Source: Coprothermobacterota bacterium
GTDB taxonomy: Bacteria > Coprothermobacterota > Coprothermobacteria > Coprothermobacterales > Coprothermobacteraceae
Assembly: GCA_036679065.1 (NCBI GenBank)
Contig: JAZIGN010000004.1
Location: 64,001-128,000, forward strand
Length of the DNA stretch: 64,000 bases
Reading direction: 5' to 3'
The notes below the pieces were generated by a model. That model worked only from the letters and a program-made list of their open reading frames with translations. It had not been told where the DNA came from and made no database searches. The translations under genes and the position numbers were made by a program. Of this stretch, positions 9,261 to 19,895 are shown one piece after another (the stretch's first letter is position 1; the number at the start of each line of letters is the position of its first letter).

Positions 9261-10456
9261 GCACGCACAGAGAAGTAATCTTTTAACAAGGGAACCATGT
9301 CAAGCTGTTCCCAAGGATAACAGGGTTTACCAAAGTGGCCATATGCCGCTGTATCTACGTAGCTCCATCCTTCAGGTTGCTGCAACCCAAATTTTCCAAT
9401 GATGCCTCGTGGTGTGAGCTGGATAAAGTCCTGTTCCATGAGATACTGCTCAAGTACATCCTCGTCAACCTTGCCAGTTCCAAATGTGTCCACGTAAATT
9501 GACACGGGTTTTGCTTCGCCAATCACGTACGCGAGCTGTATGAGAACCTCCCTTGCAAGGCCTGCAGCTACGATATTTTTTGCCAAATACCGGGCAGCAT
9601 AAGCAGCTGAACGATCTACTTTTGTCGGGTCCTTGCCACTGAAAGAGCCACCTCCGTGAGGCGCCCTGGATCCGTAAGTGTCCACGATTATTTTTCTACC
9701 AGTGACTCCAGAATCACCATTAGGTCCTCCCACCACAAACCGACCCGTGGGATTTATGTGAAAACGAGTCCGCTCTGTTAATAAATCTTTGGGGATAACT
9801 TTCTTAATGACTTCTTCCATGATGAATTCTCTAAGGGTTTTCTCGTGAACTTCTGGGCTGTGCTGAGCGGAGACCACTACATGTTCTATGGCAATAGGGG
9901 TTAGGCCGTCGTAAGCCACCGTAACCTGAGCTTTTCCGTCAGGGCGCAAGAAATCAACCACGTTTTGTTTACGTACATCGGCAAGTCTCTTTGTGAGTGC
10001 ATGTGCCAGTTCAATGGAAAGGGGCATGAAGTTTTCTGTTTCGTCGACGGCGTAACCGAACATCATGCCTTGGTCGCCAGCGCCCAGTTCATGCTCCATT
10101 TCGCCGGCTTTACTTTCCAGTGATTCATCTACTCCCATTGCAATGTCCGGCGACTGGCGCTGTATGTTCACCACGTACATATTCTCCTGCACACTAAAAC
10201 CCAAAGCAGGGTCAGTGTATCCTATGCGTTCAAGAACCTGTTTCGCCACACCGACGTAATCAACGTAAGTTTTCGACGTTACTTCGCCAACCAAAACCAC
10301 AAGATTGGTTTTGACAGTAGTCTCTACTGCTACTCTTGCCTGTGGGTCAGTTTTCAGATGAGCATCCAATATGGCGTCAGATATTTGGTCTGCCACTTTA
10401 TCAGGGTGACCTTCAGTAACAGATTCAGAAGTGAATCTGTAGGACCTCATTTTCAT
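9245..10456 (-). CDS. metK: S-adenosylmethionine synthetase
   Basis: FTSESVTEGHPDK, GAGDQG, GGGSFSGKDPTKVDRS; start placed downstream of a GGAGG SD. Confidence 0.98.
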   Translation of the reverse strand: MKMRSYRFTSESVTEGHPDKVADQISDAILDAHLKTDPQARVAVETTVKTNLVVLVGEVTSKTYVDYVGVAKQVLERIGYTDPALGFSVQENMYVVNIQRQSPDIAMGVDESLESKAGEMEHELGAGDQGMMFGYAVDETENFMPLSIELAHALTKRLADVRKQNVVDFLRPDGKAQVTVAYDGLTPIAIEHVVVSAQHSPEVHEKTLREFIMEEVIKKVIPKDLLTERTRFHINPTGRFVVGGPNGDSGVTGRKIIVDTYGSRAPHGGGSFSGKDPTKVDRSAAYAARYLAKNIVAAGLAREVLIQLAYVIGEAKPVSIYVDTFGTGKVDEDVLEQYLMEQDFIQLTPRGIIGKFGLQQPEGWSYVDTAAYGHFGKPCYPWEQLDMVPLLKDYFSVRACTNG

Positions 10457-10487
10457 CAATTTAGCACCTCCAAAATGCAAATTTTTG

Positions 10488-10517
10488 ACAAAAAAAATCC
10501 CTCCGATGGAGGGATTC
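10488..10517 (-). terminator. Intrinsic terminator of the SAM riboswitch expression platform
   Basis: Minus strand AATCCCTCCATCGGAGGGATT hairpin followed by a T-run, upstream of metK. Confidence 0.85.
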
Positions 10518-10524
10518 GTGTTTA

Positions 10525-10648
10525 AACCTTCCTATCTTCCTGCACCATAGCTGGTACAGAAGGAGTTGGCACCATGCTCGGTTTTCTCCCTCGCTGGTTG
10601 CCGGGCTTCTTCGGGCCTGTCCCTCCACCGCTCTGGATAAGAAGGTTA
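10525..10648 (-). ncRNA. SAM-I (S-box) riboswitch
   Basis: Minus strand CTTATCCAGAGCGGTGGAGGGACAGGCCCGAAGAAGCCCGGCAACC...GGTGCCAACTCC...GGAAGATAGG; upstream of metK; TATAAT just 5' (10653-10658). Confidence 0.95.
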
Positions 10649-10780
10649 TCAAATTATAACACGTTTGTAGGGGTTTCATGCAATAACTCTTTATATGTGA
10701 ATCACAAGTGTGCTCCAAAGTCGAGTAAAATAGAAATGTAGAGCAAACAAGAAGTGGGCTTAGTGGGGGTGTTATGTGTC

Positions 10781-11551
10781 ATGAGCTTGCATGTGGAAGC
10801 CCAATACATGACCCATCGGGGAAAAGTTAGACCAAATAATGAAGATGCTCTGCTCGTTATGGATAATGTCATACAGGAGGAAGAAATGGTTGAGCCCGTA
10901 GTAGCTAACTTTGAAGGGAATTCTTTCATATTTGCTGTCGCCGATGGCATGGGTGGCCACAAAGCTGGAGAAGTAGCTAGTCGGTTGGCTCTAAACTACT
11001 TAGCATCTAATTGGCTGGGCATACAGTCTGTGGAATCGTTAGACCGTTGCGTCCAGGACATGCATTCTGAAATTGTCAAAGAGGCAAGGAAGAGCTCCAG
11101 CATGTCAAATATGGGTACCACGCTTGCTGGCATACTCATTCATGATCAGACGGTTTGGGTTTTCAACGTAGGAGACAGCCGTGTTTACGGCGCACAGGCA
11201 GATGCGCTGTGGCAACTCAGCAAGGATCAGTCCTTAGTGGGAGCCTTGGTGGAGGAAGGAAGTATTACTTTGGAGCAGGCGCGTTCGCACCCTTTGAGGG
11301 GAGTACTGCTAGAATGTCTGGGTGGTGGGTTAAAGGAAGGAAATGTTCAAGTTATTATAAGGGAAGTCAACTTAAATGAATATGATGCCTTTCTCATTTG
11401 CACCGATGGTCTTACGGACGCCCTCAGTAATGAAGTAATAGATCACTGTTTGTTTCAAAGTAAAGAGAACACGCTAAGCTGTCTCTTTGAAAAATACATG
11501 GAAGCTGGAGCTGCTGACAATATGAGCGCGGTGCTTGTTTGCCTTTGCTAA
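10781..11551 (+). CDS. PP2C-family Ser/Thr protein phosphatase
   Basis: RPNNEDA, VADGMGGH, MGTT, NVGDSR, CTDGL, DN motifs. Confidence 0.95.
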   Translation: MSLHVEAQYMTHRGKVRPNNEDALLVMDNVIQEEEMVEPVVANFEGNSFIFAVADGMGGHKAGEVASRLALNYLASNWLGIQSVESLDRCVQDMHSEIVKEARKSSSMSNMGTTLAGILIHDQTVWVFNVGDSRVYGAQADALWQLSKDQSLVGALVEEGSITLEQARSHPLRGVLLECLGGGLKEGNVQVIIREVNLNEYDAFLICTDGLTDALSNEVIDHCLFQSKENTLSCLFEKYMEAGAADNMSAVLVCLC

Positions 11552-11574
11552 CTGGACATAAGCGGGTGCTTTGC

Positions 11575-11604
11575 TTGACACTTGTAGTCAAGCTGTGGTA
11601 ACAT
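11575..11604 (+). promoter_or_regulatory. Sigma-70-type promoter for tRNA-Ala
   Basis: TTGACA-18 nt-TAACAT immediately upstream of the tRNA. Confidence 0.6.
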
Positions 11605-11616
11605 AAATACCGCGGT

Positions 11617-11691
11617 GGGGACGTGGCGCAGTGGGAGCGCGCTGCCTTGGCATGGCAGAGGCCACGGGTTCGAGTCCCGTCGTCTCCACCA
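11617..11691 (+). tRNA. tRNA-Ala(GGC)
   Basis: Cloverleaf; anticodon arm CTGCC-TTGGCAT-GGCAG; G3:U70; encoded CCA. Confidence 0.97.
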
Positions 11692-11712
11692 CCTTTGTTA
11701 GGAGGGATGATA

Positions 11713-12228
11713 ATGGTATTAGGATATGACGGAAAAATCCCTACCGTAGACGAGACAGCTTTTATCCATGATATGGCGTTTGTTTCTGGCGAAGTTTACA
11801 TAGGGAAGGACGTGTTCATTTTGCCTTTTGCCTCCATAAGAGGAGACATGAATGCAATATACATAGGAGTGGGCAGCAACATACAGGATAATGCGGTGGT
11901 CCACGTGACTGATACCTTGCCAACTAAGATTGGCGACTATGTGACAGTGGGTCACGGAGCCATTCTTCACGGCTGCAGTGTGGGCAACAATGTGCTTATT
12001 GGCATGGGTGCTATTGTGCTGGATGGAGCAGAGATAGAGGACAATGTGCTAGTAGCAGCTGGCACACTCATTCCTCCTCGCAAGCGCATTCCATCAGGCT
12101 CTCTGGTGGTGGGTAATCCTTATAAGATTGTGCGGACGTTGACTGACGAAGAAATCCAAGGCATAAAACAAAATGCGTTAGATTACATCCAGTTGAAAGA
12201 TAAGTACGTGTCGACTTTTGAAAAGTAG
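11713..12228 (+). CDS. Gamma carbonic anhydrase family (hexapeptide repeat) protein
   Basis: RGD, NIQDN.VVH, VGHGAILHGC; start after GGAGG (the ORF-track start lies inside the tRNA). Confidence 0.92.
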   Translation: MVLGYDGKIPTVDETAFIHDMAFVSGEVYIGKDVFILPFASIRGDMNAIYIGVGSNIQDNAVVHVTDTLPTKIGDYVTVGHGAILHGCSVGNNVLIGMGAIVLDGAEIEDNVLVAAGTLIPPRKRIPSGSLVVGNPYKIVRTLTDEEIQGIKQNALDYIQLKDKYVSTFEK

Positions 12229-12240
12229 GGTGTTGGTCAT

Positions 12241-13113
12241 ATGATTGACTCTTTTAGAAAGTCCATTCCCCGTTTCACAGATATTGTTTTGATTGTTCTG
12301 GGGTGTCTCATAACAGCTTTTGGTTTAGTAGCATTCCTGTTTCCCCATAACCTGGCGCCTGGTGGTGTGGGGGGATTAGCTCTCACCATAAACCACTTTC
12401 TTCCTTTTCTAAGCATTGGTACCTGGATGCTCATATTGAACTTACTACTGTTTGCTCTGGCTTTTTGGCTCCTGGGTTCTCACATTGGTACAGGAACGCT
12501 CATAGGAACATTCTTCCTCAGCTTCTTCGTGGACCTACTTAGTAAATACTACGCACAACCACTTACCAACGACCTCATATTGAGCGTTCTTTACGGAGGA
12601 GCTTTGTCTGGTATTGGGTTGGGACTTGTTTTCAAGGGCAGAGCAACTACTGGCGGTACTGACATAGTCGGCTTTATCATTAATAAGTACACTGGTATTT
12701 CCGTGGGGCAATCGATTTTTATTGCTGATGCCACCGTGGTAACTCTCATGGCACTGGTTTTTAGGAGTACTGACGTAGCTTTGCTGGCAATCGTGAGCAT
12801 CTTTGTTGGAAGTGCAGCAGTTGACATGATGCAGAAGGGATTCATCAGGGAACGGGTGTTTTTCATTATAAGTGACAATTACGAGCAAATGCTAAAGGAA
12901 GTGGATGAGAATCTGGGCAGAGGCGCAACGCTACTTCAAAGTTGGGGTGGGTATGCTGGAACAGAACGTAAGGCTTTGGTTGTGTGTGTTTCACAATCAG
13001 AAACTGATGAAATGGAGAGGATAATCAGACGCGTAGATCCCAAGAGTTTTTACATCGTTGTTGAAGGAGTAAGAGTAGTAGGAGAAGGTTTCAGGTCACC
13101 ATCTTGGGTATAA
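12241..13113 (+). CDS. YitT family membrane protein
   Basis: GGVGG and TTGGTDI repeats, RGAT, C-terminal DP.SF. Confidence 0.9.
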   Translation: MIDSFRKSIPRFTDIVLIVLGCLITAFGLVAFLFPHNLAPGGVGGLALTINHFLPFLSIGTWMLILNLLLFALAFWLLGSHIGTGTLIGTFFLSFFVDLLSKYYAQPLTNDLILSVLYGGALSGIGLGLVFKGRATTGGTDIVGFIINKYTGISVGQSIFIADATVVTLMALVFRSTDVALLAIVSIFVGSAAVDMMQKGFIRERVFFIISDNYEQMLKEVDENLGRGATLLQSWGGYAGTERKALVVCVSQSETDEMERIIRRVDPKSFYIVVEGVRVVGEGFRSPSWV

Positions 13114-13133
13114 GCATTTTAAGGAGGGGATGA

Positions 13134-13706
13134 ATGGTGAAGGAAGAAAACGTGAAAATTGAGATGGTAGGAAAGAACATAGAACTGACTCCGGCCATTA
13201 AACAGTACATCGAGGAGAAAATTGGTCGTGTTTACCGTTACTTTGACCCCATTCTTGGTGTAAAAGTAGTGGTGGAGAAGGAACGTCAGGCTCGTGAGCC
13301 TGTCTTTGACGTGGAAGTTACCCTTGATGCCAATGGAAGGCTTATCCGAGCGGAAGTTGAAGACCCTGATCTTTACGCTGCTATCGATAAAGCCGCTGAT
13401 AAACTGGAATCCAACATAAAACGCTTCAAAGAAAAACTCTTCGACTCCCGCCAAGGTGGAAAGGTGGAGAGAACAACTACTTTAAATACGGGCGTACTCC
13501 TTGGAGAAGAAAAAGTGGAGGAACCGCTCATTGAGAGACGCAAAAGGTTCGTCGTACTCCCCATGAGTGAGGAAGAAGCCATACTTCAAATGGAATCTTT
13601 GGGGCACACGTTCTTTGTGTTCATGGATCCAGACACGGGTAACGCCAAGATTGTGTACAAGAGAAAAAAACGTGGTTACGGTGTCATAGAGGTATTGACT
13701 GAGTAA
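13134..13706 (+). CDS. hpf: Ribosome hibernation promoting factor (long HPF)
   Basis: DLYAAID, PMSEEEAILQME.LGHTFFVF; upstream of secA. Confidence 0.95.
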   Translation: MVKEENVKIEMVGKNIELTPAIKQYIEEKIGRVYRYFDPILGVKVVVEKERQAREPVFDVEVTLDANGRLIRAEVEDPDLYAAIDKAADKLESNIKRFKEKLFDSRQGGKVERTTTLNTGVLLGEEKVEEPLIERRKRFVVLPMSEEEAILQMESLGHTFFVFMDPDTGNAKIVYKRKKRGYGVIEVLTE

Positions 13707-16024
13707 TGTTCAAGTGGTTCGCACGGTCTTCATCGGATCGGCATTTGAAGAAGTATTTTGATTTTGCGGAGAAAGTTAATGCCTTCGAAGCCGCAATGAT
13801 GCAGCTGACTGATGAGGATCTTTTTAACAAAAAAGGGTATTTTCGACAGCAACTTGATCAGGGCAGGTCAGTGGACGAACTGCTACCTGAGATGTTCGCT
13901 GTAGTCAGAGAAGTAGCTAGGCGACAGCTGAACATGCGACACTTTGACGTTCAACTCATGGGTGGCAAAGTGTTGTTTGAAGGCAAAGTAGCTGAAATGA
14001 AAACAGGCGAGGGTAAAACCTTGGTTGCCACCTTACCTGTTTATGCTATGTCTGTTGCTGGACACAAAGTGCATGTGGTTACTGTCAATGAATACCTGGC
14101 AAAGCGAGACGCTAATTGGATGAAGCCCATTTACGAAGCACTTGGGCTAACAGTTGCATACATCCACAGCAACCAAACTACGGAGGAGAAAAAAGCAGCT
14201 TACGCGGCTGATGTGGTCTACGGCACGAATTACGAATTCGGGTTTGATTATTTACGTGACAACATGGCGCTAAGCTTGGATGACATCGTACAGCAAGGCC
14301 TGGACTATGCCATCATAGACGAAGCCGACTCCGTGCTCATAGATGAGGCTAGAACGCCTCTCATCATTAGCGGCCCTGGTCAGGAAGACACCCGCATCTA
14401 TTACGAGCTTGCGAAATTGGCACGAAGAATGGTTCCGGGTGTGGACTTTGACATTGAAGAAAAAGAACGGAATGTGATTTTGCACGATTCTGGAGCTCAT
14501 AAGGTAGAGCGGTTCGTGAAAATTGACAACCTGTATGCACCTGAAAACGCTGACCTTCTTAGAAAAGTTCTCCAAGCGTTGCGTGCTGAGTACTTGTACA
14601 AGGCTGAAGTCGACTACATAGTTAAAGATGGTGAAGTGGTTATCATTGATGAGTTTACTGGACGACTCATGTATGGGCGGAGGTACAGTGACGGGCTGCA
14701 TCAAGCCATTGAAGCGAAGGAGGGCGTCCAAGTAAAAGGTGAATCACAGGTCTTGGCATTAATCTCTTACCAGAACTTCTTTAAGTTGTATAACAAGATT
14801 GCTGGCATGACTGGAACTGCAGCTTCAGCTGCAAATGAATTTAATGGGATTTACAACATGGATGTTGTGGTAGTTCCTACTAACAAACCCATGATCAGAG
14901 TTGACTTACCAGACGTGATCTACAGTAGTGAAGAAGGCAAGTTCCGTGCCATCGTGGCTGACATTAAAGAGAAGCATGATAAAGGGCAACCTGTACTCAT
15001 AGGTACTAGGTCGGTAGAGAAGTCTGAAAAGCTTTCCAAGATGCTTAAGAAAGAAGGCATTCCACACGAGGTATTGAACGCGAAGTACCACGAGAAGGAA
15101 GCAGAAATCATTGCAAAAGCAGGCCAGCGAGGTGCTGTCACAGTAGCCACAAACATGGCAGGAAGAGGCGTTGACATCGTTCTTGGCGATGGAGTTGCTG
15201 AGCTTGGTGGATTGCACGTCATTGGCAGCGAACGGCACGAGGCTCGAAGAATAGATGACCAGCTTCGAGGGCGAAGCGGAAGGCAAGGAGACCCTGGAAG
15301 CTCGCAGTTTTATCTGTCTTTGGAAGACGAACTTCTAAAGCTCTATGGCGGAGATACGCTTAAAGGTATTTTTGATAAATTGCATGTGGAAGAGGATGAC
15401 CGCATTGAACATCCACTTTTGACTCGAGCCATTGAAACAGCACAAAAAAGGGTTGAAAACTATCACTATGAAATAAGAAAAAGGCTTTTGGACTACGACA
15501 ATGTTTTGGGACAACAAAGAGAGTACATCTACAAGGAAAGAAGACAGATTTTAGAGATGGAGGATGTTACTCCTTTGGTGGAACGTTTAGCAGAGCACTT
15601 TGCTGAAGATTTGGCTCACAATCCTGACAGTGCTCAGGAGCAACTCCTAGCTCTTGGCATAACCGTGGATGATTTGGAAAATGCTAGCCAAGACGAAATC
15701 AAGGATGTTGTATTGTCTGTGATAATGTCGAGCTACGAAGCTAAGAAAAGTGAACTTAAAAGTGTAGATCCTGAGCTGGATAAGAAAGTTTTACTACGAG
15801 TCATGGACTGGAATTTCATCAATCATCTTCAGAACATGGAGTATTTGCAGCAGGGTATTGGATGGCAAGCTTTGGGACAAAAAGACCCCTTAGTTGAATA
15901 TCAGTACCAAGCTGCTATGATGTTTGCAGAGATGCTTAGCAATGTAAGGAAAGACTTCTTTACTTACTTCTTGAACATCAGAGTTGTCCAAAAAGATACG
16001 CAAAGGAAGGGACGTAGCCGTTGA
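13706..16024 (+). CDS. secA: Protein translocase ATPase SecA
   Basis: [46 protein letters not shown]. Confidence 0.98.
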   Translation: MFKWFARSSSDRHLKKYFDFAEKVNAFEAAMMQLTDEDLFNKKGYFRQQLDQGRSVDELLPEMFAVVREVARRQLNMRHFDVQLMGGKVLFEGKVAEMKTGEGKTLVATLPVYAMSVAGHKVHVVTVNEYLAKRDANWMKPIYEALGLTVAYIHSNQTTEEKKAAYAADVVYGTNYEFGFDYLRDNMALSLDDIVQQGLDYAIIDEADSVLIDEARTPLIISGPGQEDTRIYYELAKLARRMVPGVDFDIEEKERNVILHDSGAHKVERFVKIDNLYAPENADLLRKVLQALRAEYLYKAEVDYIVKDGEVVIIDEFTGRLMYGRRYSDGLHQAIEAKEGVQVKGESQVLALISYQNFFKLYNKIAGMTGTAASAANEFNGIYNMDVVVVPTNKPMIRVDLPDVIYSSEEGKFRAIVADIKEKHDKGQPVLIGTRSVEKSEKLSKMLKKEGIPHEVLNAKYHEKEAEIIAKAGQRGAVTVATNMAGRGVDIVLGDGVAELGGLHVIGSERHEARRIDDQLRGRSGRQGDPGSSQFYLSLEDELLKLYGGDTLKGIFDKLHVEEDDRIEHPLLTRAIETAQKRVENYHYEIRKRLLDYDNVLGQQREYIYKERRQILEMEDVTPLVERLAEHFAEDLAHNPDSAQEQLLALGITVDDLENASQDEIKDVVLSVIMSSYEAKKSELKSVDPELDKKVLLRVMDWNFINHLQNMEYLQQGIGWQALGQKDPLVEYQYQAAMMFAEMLSNVRKDFFTYFLNIRVVQKDTQRKGRSR

Positions 16025-17133
16025 CGCTGGAGGAAATTGTACAAGAACGAGACAGCACTGCATCAGAGTTTCGAGAAATACTCGAGAACATAAAACTGGA
16101 CGAAAAAAGGGCAGAACTTAGTGATGTACGAAAAGTCTATGAAAAGCCTGACATTTGGTCTGATCCAGATAAAGCCGTAGCCGTGGCGAGGAAGGTACAG
16201 CAGCTCGAAGAAGAAATAGAGCGCGTTGAACAGATCGAAAACCTTTTCAAAGATTTAGATGCAGCCTTGGAGCTTCTTGAAGAAGGATATGATGAAGAGC
16301 TCTTCGAACATGCAGTTGCGACCTTAAAAGAACTTAAGGAGCGTATTGAGTTTTTTAGGTTGGTCACGCTCTTTACAGAGCCCTATGATATGAACGACGC
16401 CATACTGATGTTGCATGCTGGGGCAGGCGGTGTGGATGCCATGGATTGGACGCAAATGCTCATGCGAATGTACCTGCGCTGGGCTGAGCGCATGGGCTTT
16501 GACACAGAAATTGTAGACATGTCGAGAGGGGAAGAAGCCGGTGTAAAGTCATGCACCATATTCGTACGCGGGCCTTATGCATATGGGTACCTGCGTGCTG
16601 AAAAGGGTGTGCATCGTTTGGTTAGGCTGTCGCCATTTGATTCAGACCACAGAAGGCATACCTCCTTTGCTTTGGTTGATGTGGTGCCAGATGTTGAAGA
16701 TGTGGAAGTGGAAATAAATCCTGATGATATTGAAGTGGAGACCTTCAGAAGCGGTGGTGCAGGAGGGCAGCATCAAAACAAGACCGAATCCGGCGTCAGG
16801 TTAATACATAAGCCCACTGGTATTACTGTCACAGTTACGGAAGAACGTTCGCAGCTTCAAAACAGGGAAAGAGCTATGCGCATATTGAGGGCACGCGTTC
16901 ACCAGTACCATGAAGAAGAAAGAAAAAAGTCCTTAGAAGAAATTAGGGGAGATGTGAAGTCAGCATCGTGGGGAAATCAGATTCGCTCTTACGTGTTTCA
17001 TCCTTACAACATGGTTAAAGATCATCGAACTGGGTATTCCAGGGGCGACATTGATAACGTTATGGACGGTGATATAACGGATTTCATGGTAAAGTTCTTG
17101 CAGGGTGTAAGAGTGGAGTCGTCAGATGAATAA
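16021..17133 (+). CDS. prfB: Peptide chain release factor 2
   Basis: SPF recognition motif and GGQ; continuous ORF. Confidence 0.97.
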   Translation: MTLEEIVQERDSTASEFREILENIKLDEKRAELSDVRKVYEKPDIWSDPDKAVAVARKVQQLEEEIERVEQIENLFKDLDAALELLEEGYDEELFEHAVATLKELKERIEFFRLVTLFTEPYDMNDAILMLHAGAGGVDAMDWTQMLMRMYLRWAERMGFDTEIVDMSRGEEAGVKSCTIFVRGPYAYGYLRAEKGVHRLVRLSPFDSDHRRHTSFALVDVVPDVEDVEVEINPDDIEVETFRSGGAGGQHQNKTESGVRLIHKPTGITVTVTEERSQLQNRERAMRILRARVHQYHEEERKKSLEEIRGDVKSASWGNQIRSYVFHPYNMVKDHRTGYSRGDIDNVMDGDITDFMVKFLQGVRVESSDE

Positions 17134-17857
17134 TATGGATCTGGAAGAAAAAGTAATCAGTGTGCACGGCCTAACAAAAGTATACGGAAAGGGTTATGAG
17201 CCTGCCTTAAACAACGTTAGTTTTGATTTGCACCGGGGCGATTTTGTTTACCTCATTGGTCCTACTGGTGCAGGTAAAACAACGCTTCTGCATATTCTAA
17301 TGGGACTGAGAAAGCCCACGTCAGGTTACGCTGAAGTACTTGGGCATCGGATCGATCCCTCTGGCAATGAACGGGACCTGCGTGATTTGAGGCTCCGAAC
17401 AGGTATCATTTTTCAGGGTTCGTATCTTCTCAATGACAGGACAGTTTATGAAAATGTCATAATGAGCTTGGAAGTTAGAGACTATCCCGTACCAGAGGTA
17501 AAGCGGCGTGCAGAAGCTCTTCTCTACAAGTTAGGGCTTCTTGACAAAAAGAATTTCATGCCCGAGGAACTGTCTGGGGGACAAAAGCAATTAGTGGCAT
17601 TTGCTAGAGCGATTTTGCATGAACCAGAACTGCTTATTGCTGATGAACCCACAGCTAATTTAGATATGAATACGGCAAGAGAACTTATTAAGACCATACA
17701 GAATCTCACTGCGAATATGAATACGACGGTGTTATTGGCTACTCATAATGTGGAATTAGTCGCGGAAATGGGAAGTCGGGTAATAAGATTGGAAAGGGGA
17801 AGTATTGTTTTCGATGCAAAAAAACTCAAGTCTTTGGCTCAATCGGTTGCTCCGTGA
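17126..17857 (+). CDS. ftsE: Cell division ATPase FtsE
   Basis: [25 protein letters not shown]; after prfB and before an FtsX-like gene. Confidence 0.85.
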   Translation: MNNMDLEEKVISVHGLTKVYGKGYEPALNNVSFDLHRGDFVYLIGPTGAGKTTLLHILMGLRKPTSGYAEVLGHRIDPSGNERDLRDLRLRTGIIFQGSYLLNDRTVYENVIMSLEVRDYPVPEVKRRAEALLYKLGLLDKKNFMPEELSGGQKQLVAFARAILHEPELLIADEPTANLDMNTARELIKTIQNLTANMNTTVLLATHNVELVAEMGSRVIRLERGSIVFDAKKLKSLAQSVAP

Positions 17858-18743
17858 AACAGTTTGGGCATGGCGGCTAATTCGGACGAACATTGCCCAA
17901 GGAGTGGTATTGGCTGGACTTATTATTATCGCGACGTTATTAGGTGGCTTTGCCTTTAGTACCAGCGTTTGGTTTCAAAAAACACAAAGCACTGCTCTGA
18001 GTCAGCTTCAAACCGTGGTATTTGTTGACAAATCTTTGCCTCAGGAAGAAATACAGTCCATAAGATCTGATTTCATTCACAGACCGGGAGTGGCTGAGGT
18101 TACCTTTGTCAGTTCAGAGCAAGCTTTAGCAGAGTTGAAGCTTTCGCTTTCACAATACAGTTGGCTGTTCGACAACATTTCCGAAAATCCCATACCGCCA
18201 TCTTTTGAAATTAGGTTTACCAGCTTGGAAAGCATGAAGCAATTCATTGATGAGATGAGAACCGCAAGCTACATAACTGACTTACTTGCGCCATATGAAC
18301 AGGCTCAGAGTGTCTCCACGTTCATTTCTGGCATGTACAAAGCAATATTCGCTATACTTATAGTTATGGTAGCCGTACTGGCCATACTGGCCATGCTACT
18401 GGTGGAATCTGAGGTATTAAAACAACGCGAATCGTTGGCCCTCTATTCTTTATTGGGTGCAAGCCCTCGGTTTTTGCTTATGCCCTTCTTGTTGTACATC
18501 GTGAGTTTTGCTGCCATTGGTATGATCGTTTCGGTGGTCCTAGGTATTTATGCTGCCCCCTTGGTGATTGACTTAGTGAACGTTGTAAACCGGCTACTGT
18601 TCGGATTAACTGTACCACTATCAAGTTGGGAGCCCTATGTGGTGTTGAGCGCGTTCTTGTCGCTGTTATTTGTGTTTGGGGGCACCTACTTGGCCATACA
18701 CAGGAGTATTAAGGAGGTGGCTAGTAGTGAACTGGAAATGTAA
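17805..18743 (+). CDS. ftsX: Cell division permease FtsX
   Basis: Four TM segments, FVSSEQAL, ENPIP, LLGAS..F...PF; start uncertain. Confidence 0.85.
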   Translation: MFSMQKNSSLWLNRLLRETVWAWRLIRTNIAQGVVLAGLIIIATLLGGFAFSTSVWFQKTQSTALSQLQTVVFVDKSLPQEEIQSIRSDFIHRPGVAEVTFVSSEQALAELKLSLSQYSWLFDNISENPIPPSFEIRFTSLESMKQFIDEMRTASYITDLLAPYEQAQSVSTFISGMYKAIFAILIVMVAVLAILAMLLVESEVLKQRESLALYSLLGASPRFLLMPFLLYIVSFAAIGMIVSVVLGIYAAPLVIDLVNVVNRLLFGLTVPLSSWEPYVVLSAFLSLLFVFGGTYLAIHRSIKEVASSELEM

Positions 18744-19887
18744 AACTGTTGCCAAGTGGGTTTCCTTGGTAACGGCGGTATTCATAATTGCTACTTTACT
18801 TATGCCTTTGCCAGGTCAGGCTGCAACGTACTCGGATTTGCAGAAAAAGAACCAGGAGCTGGAACAGCAGAAGAAAGCAACTCAGCAGCAACTCAGTGAA
18901 GTGAAGAATAAAACTCAAGATGCTTTCCAAGCATTGGTACAGTTGCAAAGCCAAATAGAAAAACTTGAGCAGCAATCTTCTTCATTAGTTCAGAGGCGGC
19001 AGCTCTTGGAGGAACAAATCGCAACATTAGATGCCCAAATAAGGGACCTGGAAAAGACAATAGAAGAAGAAAGAGCAAACCTGGAACAGACATTGGTTAC
19101 CATGTATAAATGGCAAAAAGTGGCGCCTTCTGCACTGGTGTTAGTGGTTACTTCCTCTGTGAATCCAGAACTAGCAACTTACGCACTGGAAAAGGTTCTC
19201 ACCAATCAAAATGCCAAGCTTGAGTCTTACGAAGACAATGTGGCTAAACTTCAGGCAAAACGAGAGGAAATAGCTGAAGCAAAGAATGAAGTGGCTCAGA
19301 CGATACAATCGCTTCAAACCCAGCTAGCAACCTTGCAAAGCAAATACGACGAAAGGGAAGGTTTGTATGCTCAGCTTAAAAAGGAACAAAACAAGTATGC
19401 CTCACAGCTAGCCATGATAGAAGAGCAACAGAGGCAAGTGAGCGCTGAGATACAAAAAATGCTTTCATCGACTAAACTTAGCAGTACCGCAAATTCCAGT
19501 GGGTTTATAAAGCCCATGTCGGGGATGGTGACAAGTCCTTTTGGATGGCGCATAAACCCATTAACTGGTAGAGGGAAAGATTTCCATACGGGAATCGACG
19601 TGGCGAATCAATATGGAACTCCCATTAAGGCTAGTAGGACTGGTGTAGTTATCTGGGCAGGTTGGAAGACGGGATATGGATTGTGTGTCATTATCGACCA
19701 TCAAGACGGCTACGGTACTGTTTACGCTCACATGTCTCGTATAGCTGTTAAGTCGGGACAAAAGGTTTCTGCTGGGACTGTGGTCGGCTATGAGGGTTCC
19801 ACTGGTTGGGCCACAGGGCCGCACCTGCATTTTGAAATAAGGATACAGGGTGAGCCAACTAATCCTGCCAAATTTGTGCAATTCTGA
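18727..19887 (+). CDS. EnvC-like coiled-coil M23 peptidase
   Basis: Signal peptide, long coiled coil, intact HTGID and HLH M23 motifs; GTG start after AGGAGG. Confidence 0.9.
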   Translation: MNWKCKTVAKWVSLVTAVFIIATLLMPLPGQAATYSDLQKKNQELEQQKKATQQQLSEVKNKTQDAFQALVQLQSQIEKLEQQSSSLVQRRQLLEEQIATLDAQIRDLEKTIEEERANLEQTLVTMYKWQKVAPSALVLVVTSSVNPELATYALEKVLTNQNAKLESYEDNVAKLQAKREEIAEAKNEVAQTIQSLQTQLATLQSKYDEREGLYAQLKKEQNKYASQLAMIEEQQRQVSAEIQKMLSSTKLSSTANSSGFIKPMSGMVTSPFGWRINPLTGRGKDFHTGIDVANQYGTPIKASRTGVVIWAGWKTGYGLCVIIDHQDGYGTVYAHMSRIAVKSGQKVSAGTVVGYEGSTGWATGPHLHFEIRIQGEPTNPAKFVQF

Positions 19888-19895
19888 GGTGACCC

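Noticed and set aside
10461..10718. 85-aa minus-strand ORF upstream of metK
   Set aside because: Coincides with the SAM-I riboswitch and promoter
11623..11712. N-terminal extension of the gamma-CA ORF
   Set aside because: Overlaps tRNA-Ala; the real start is at about 11713 after an SD
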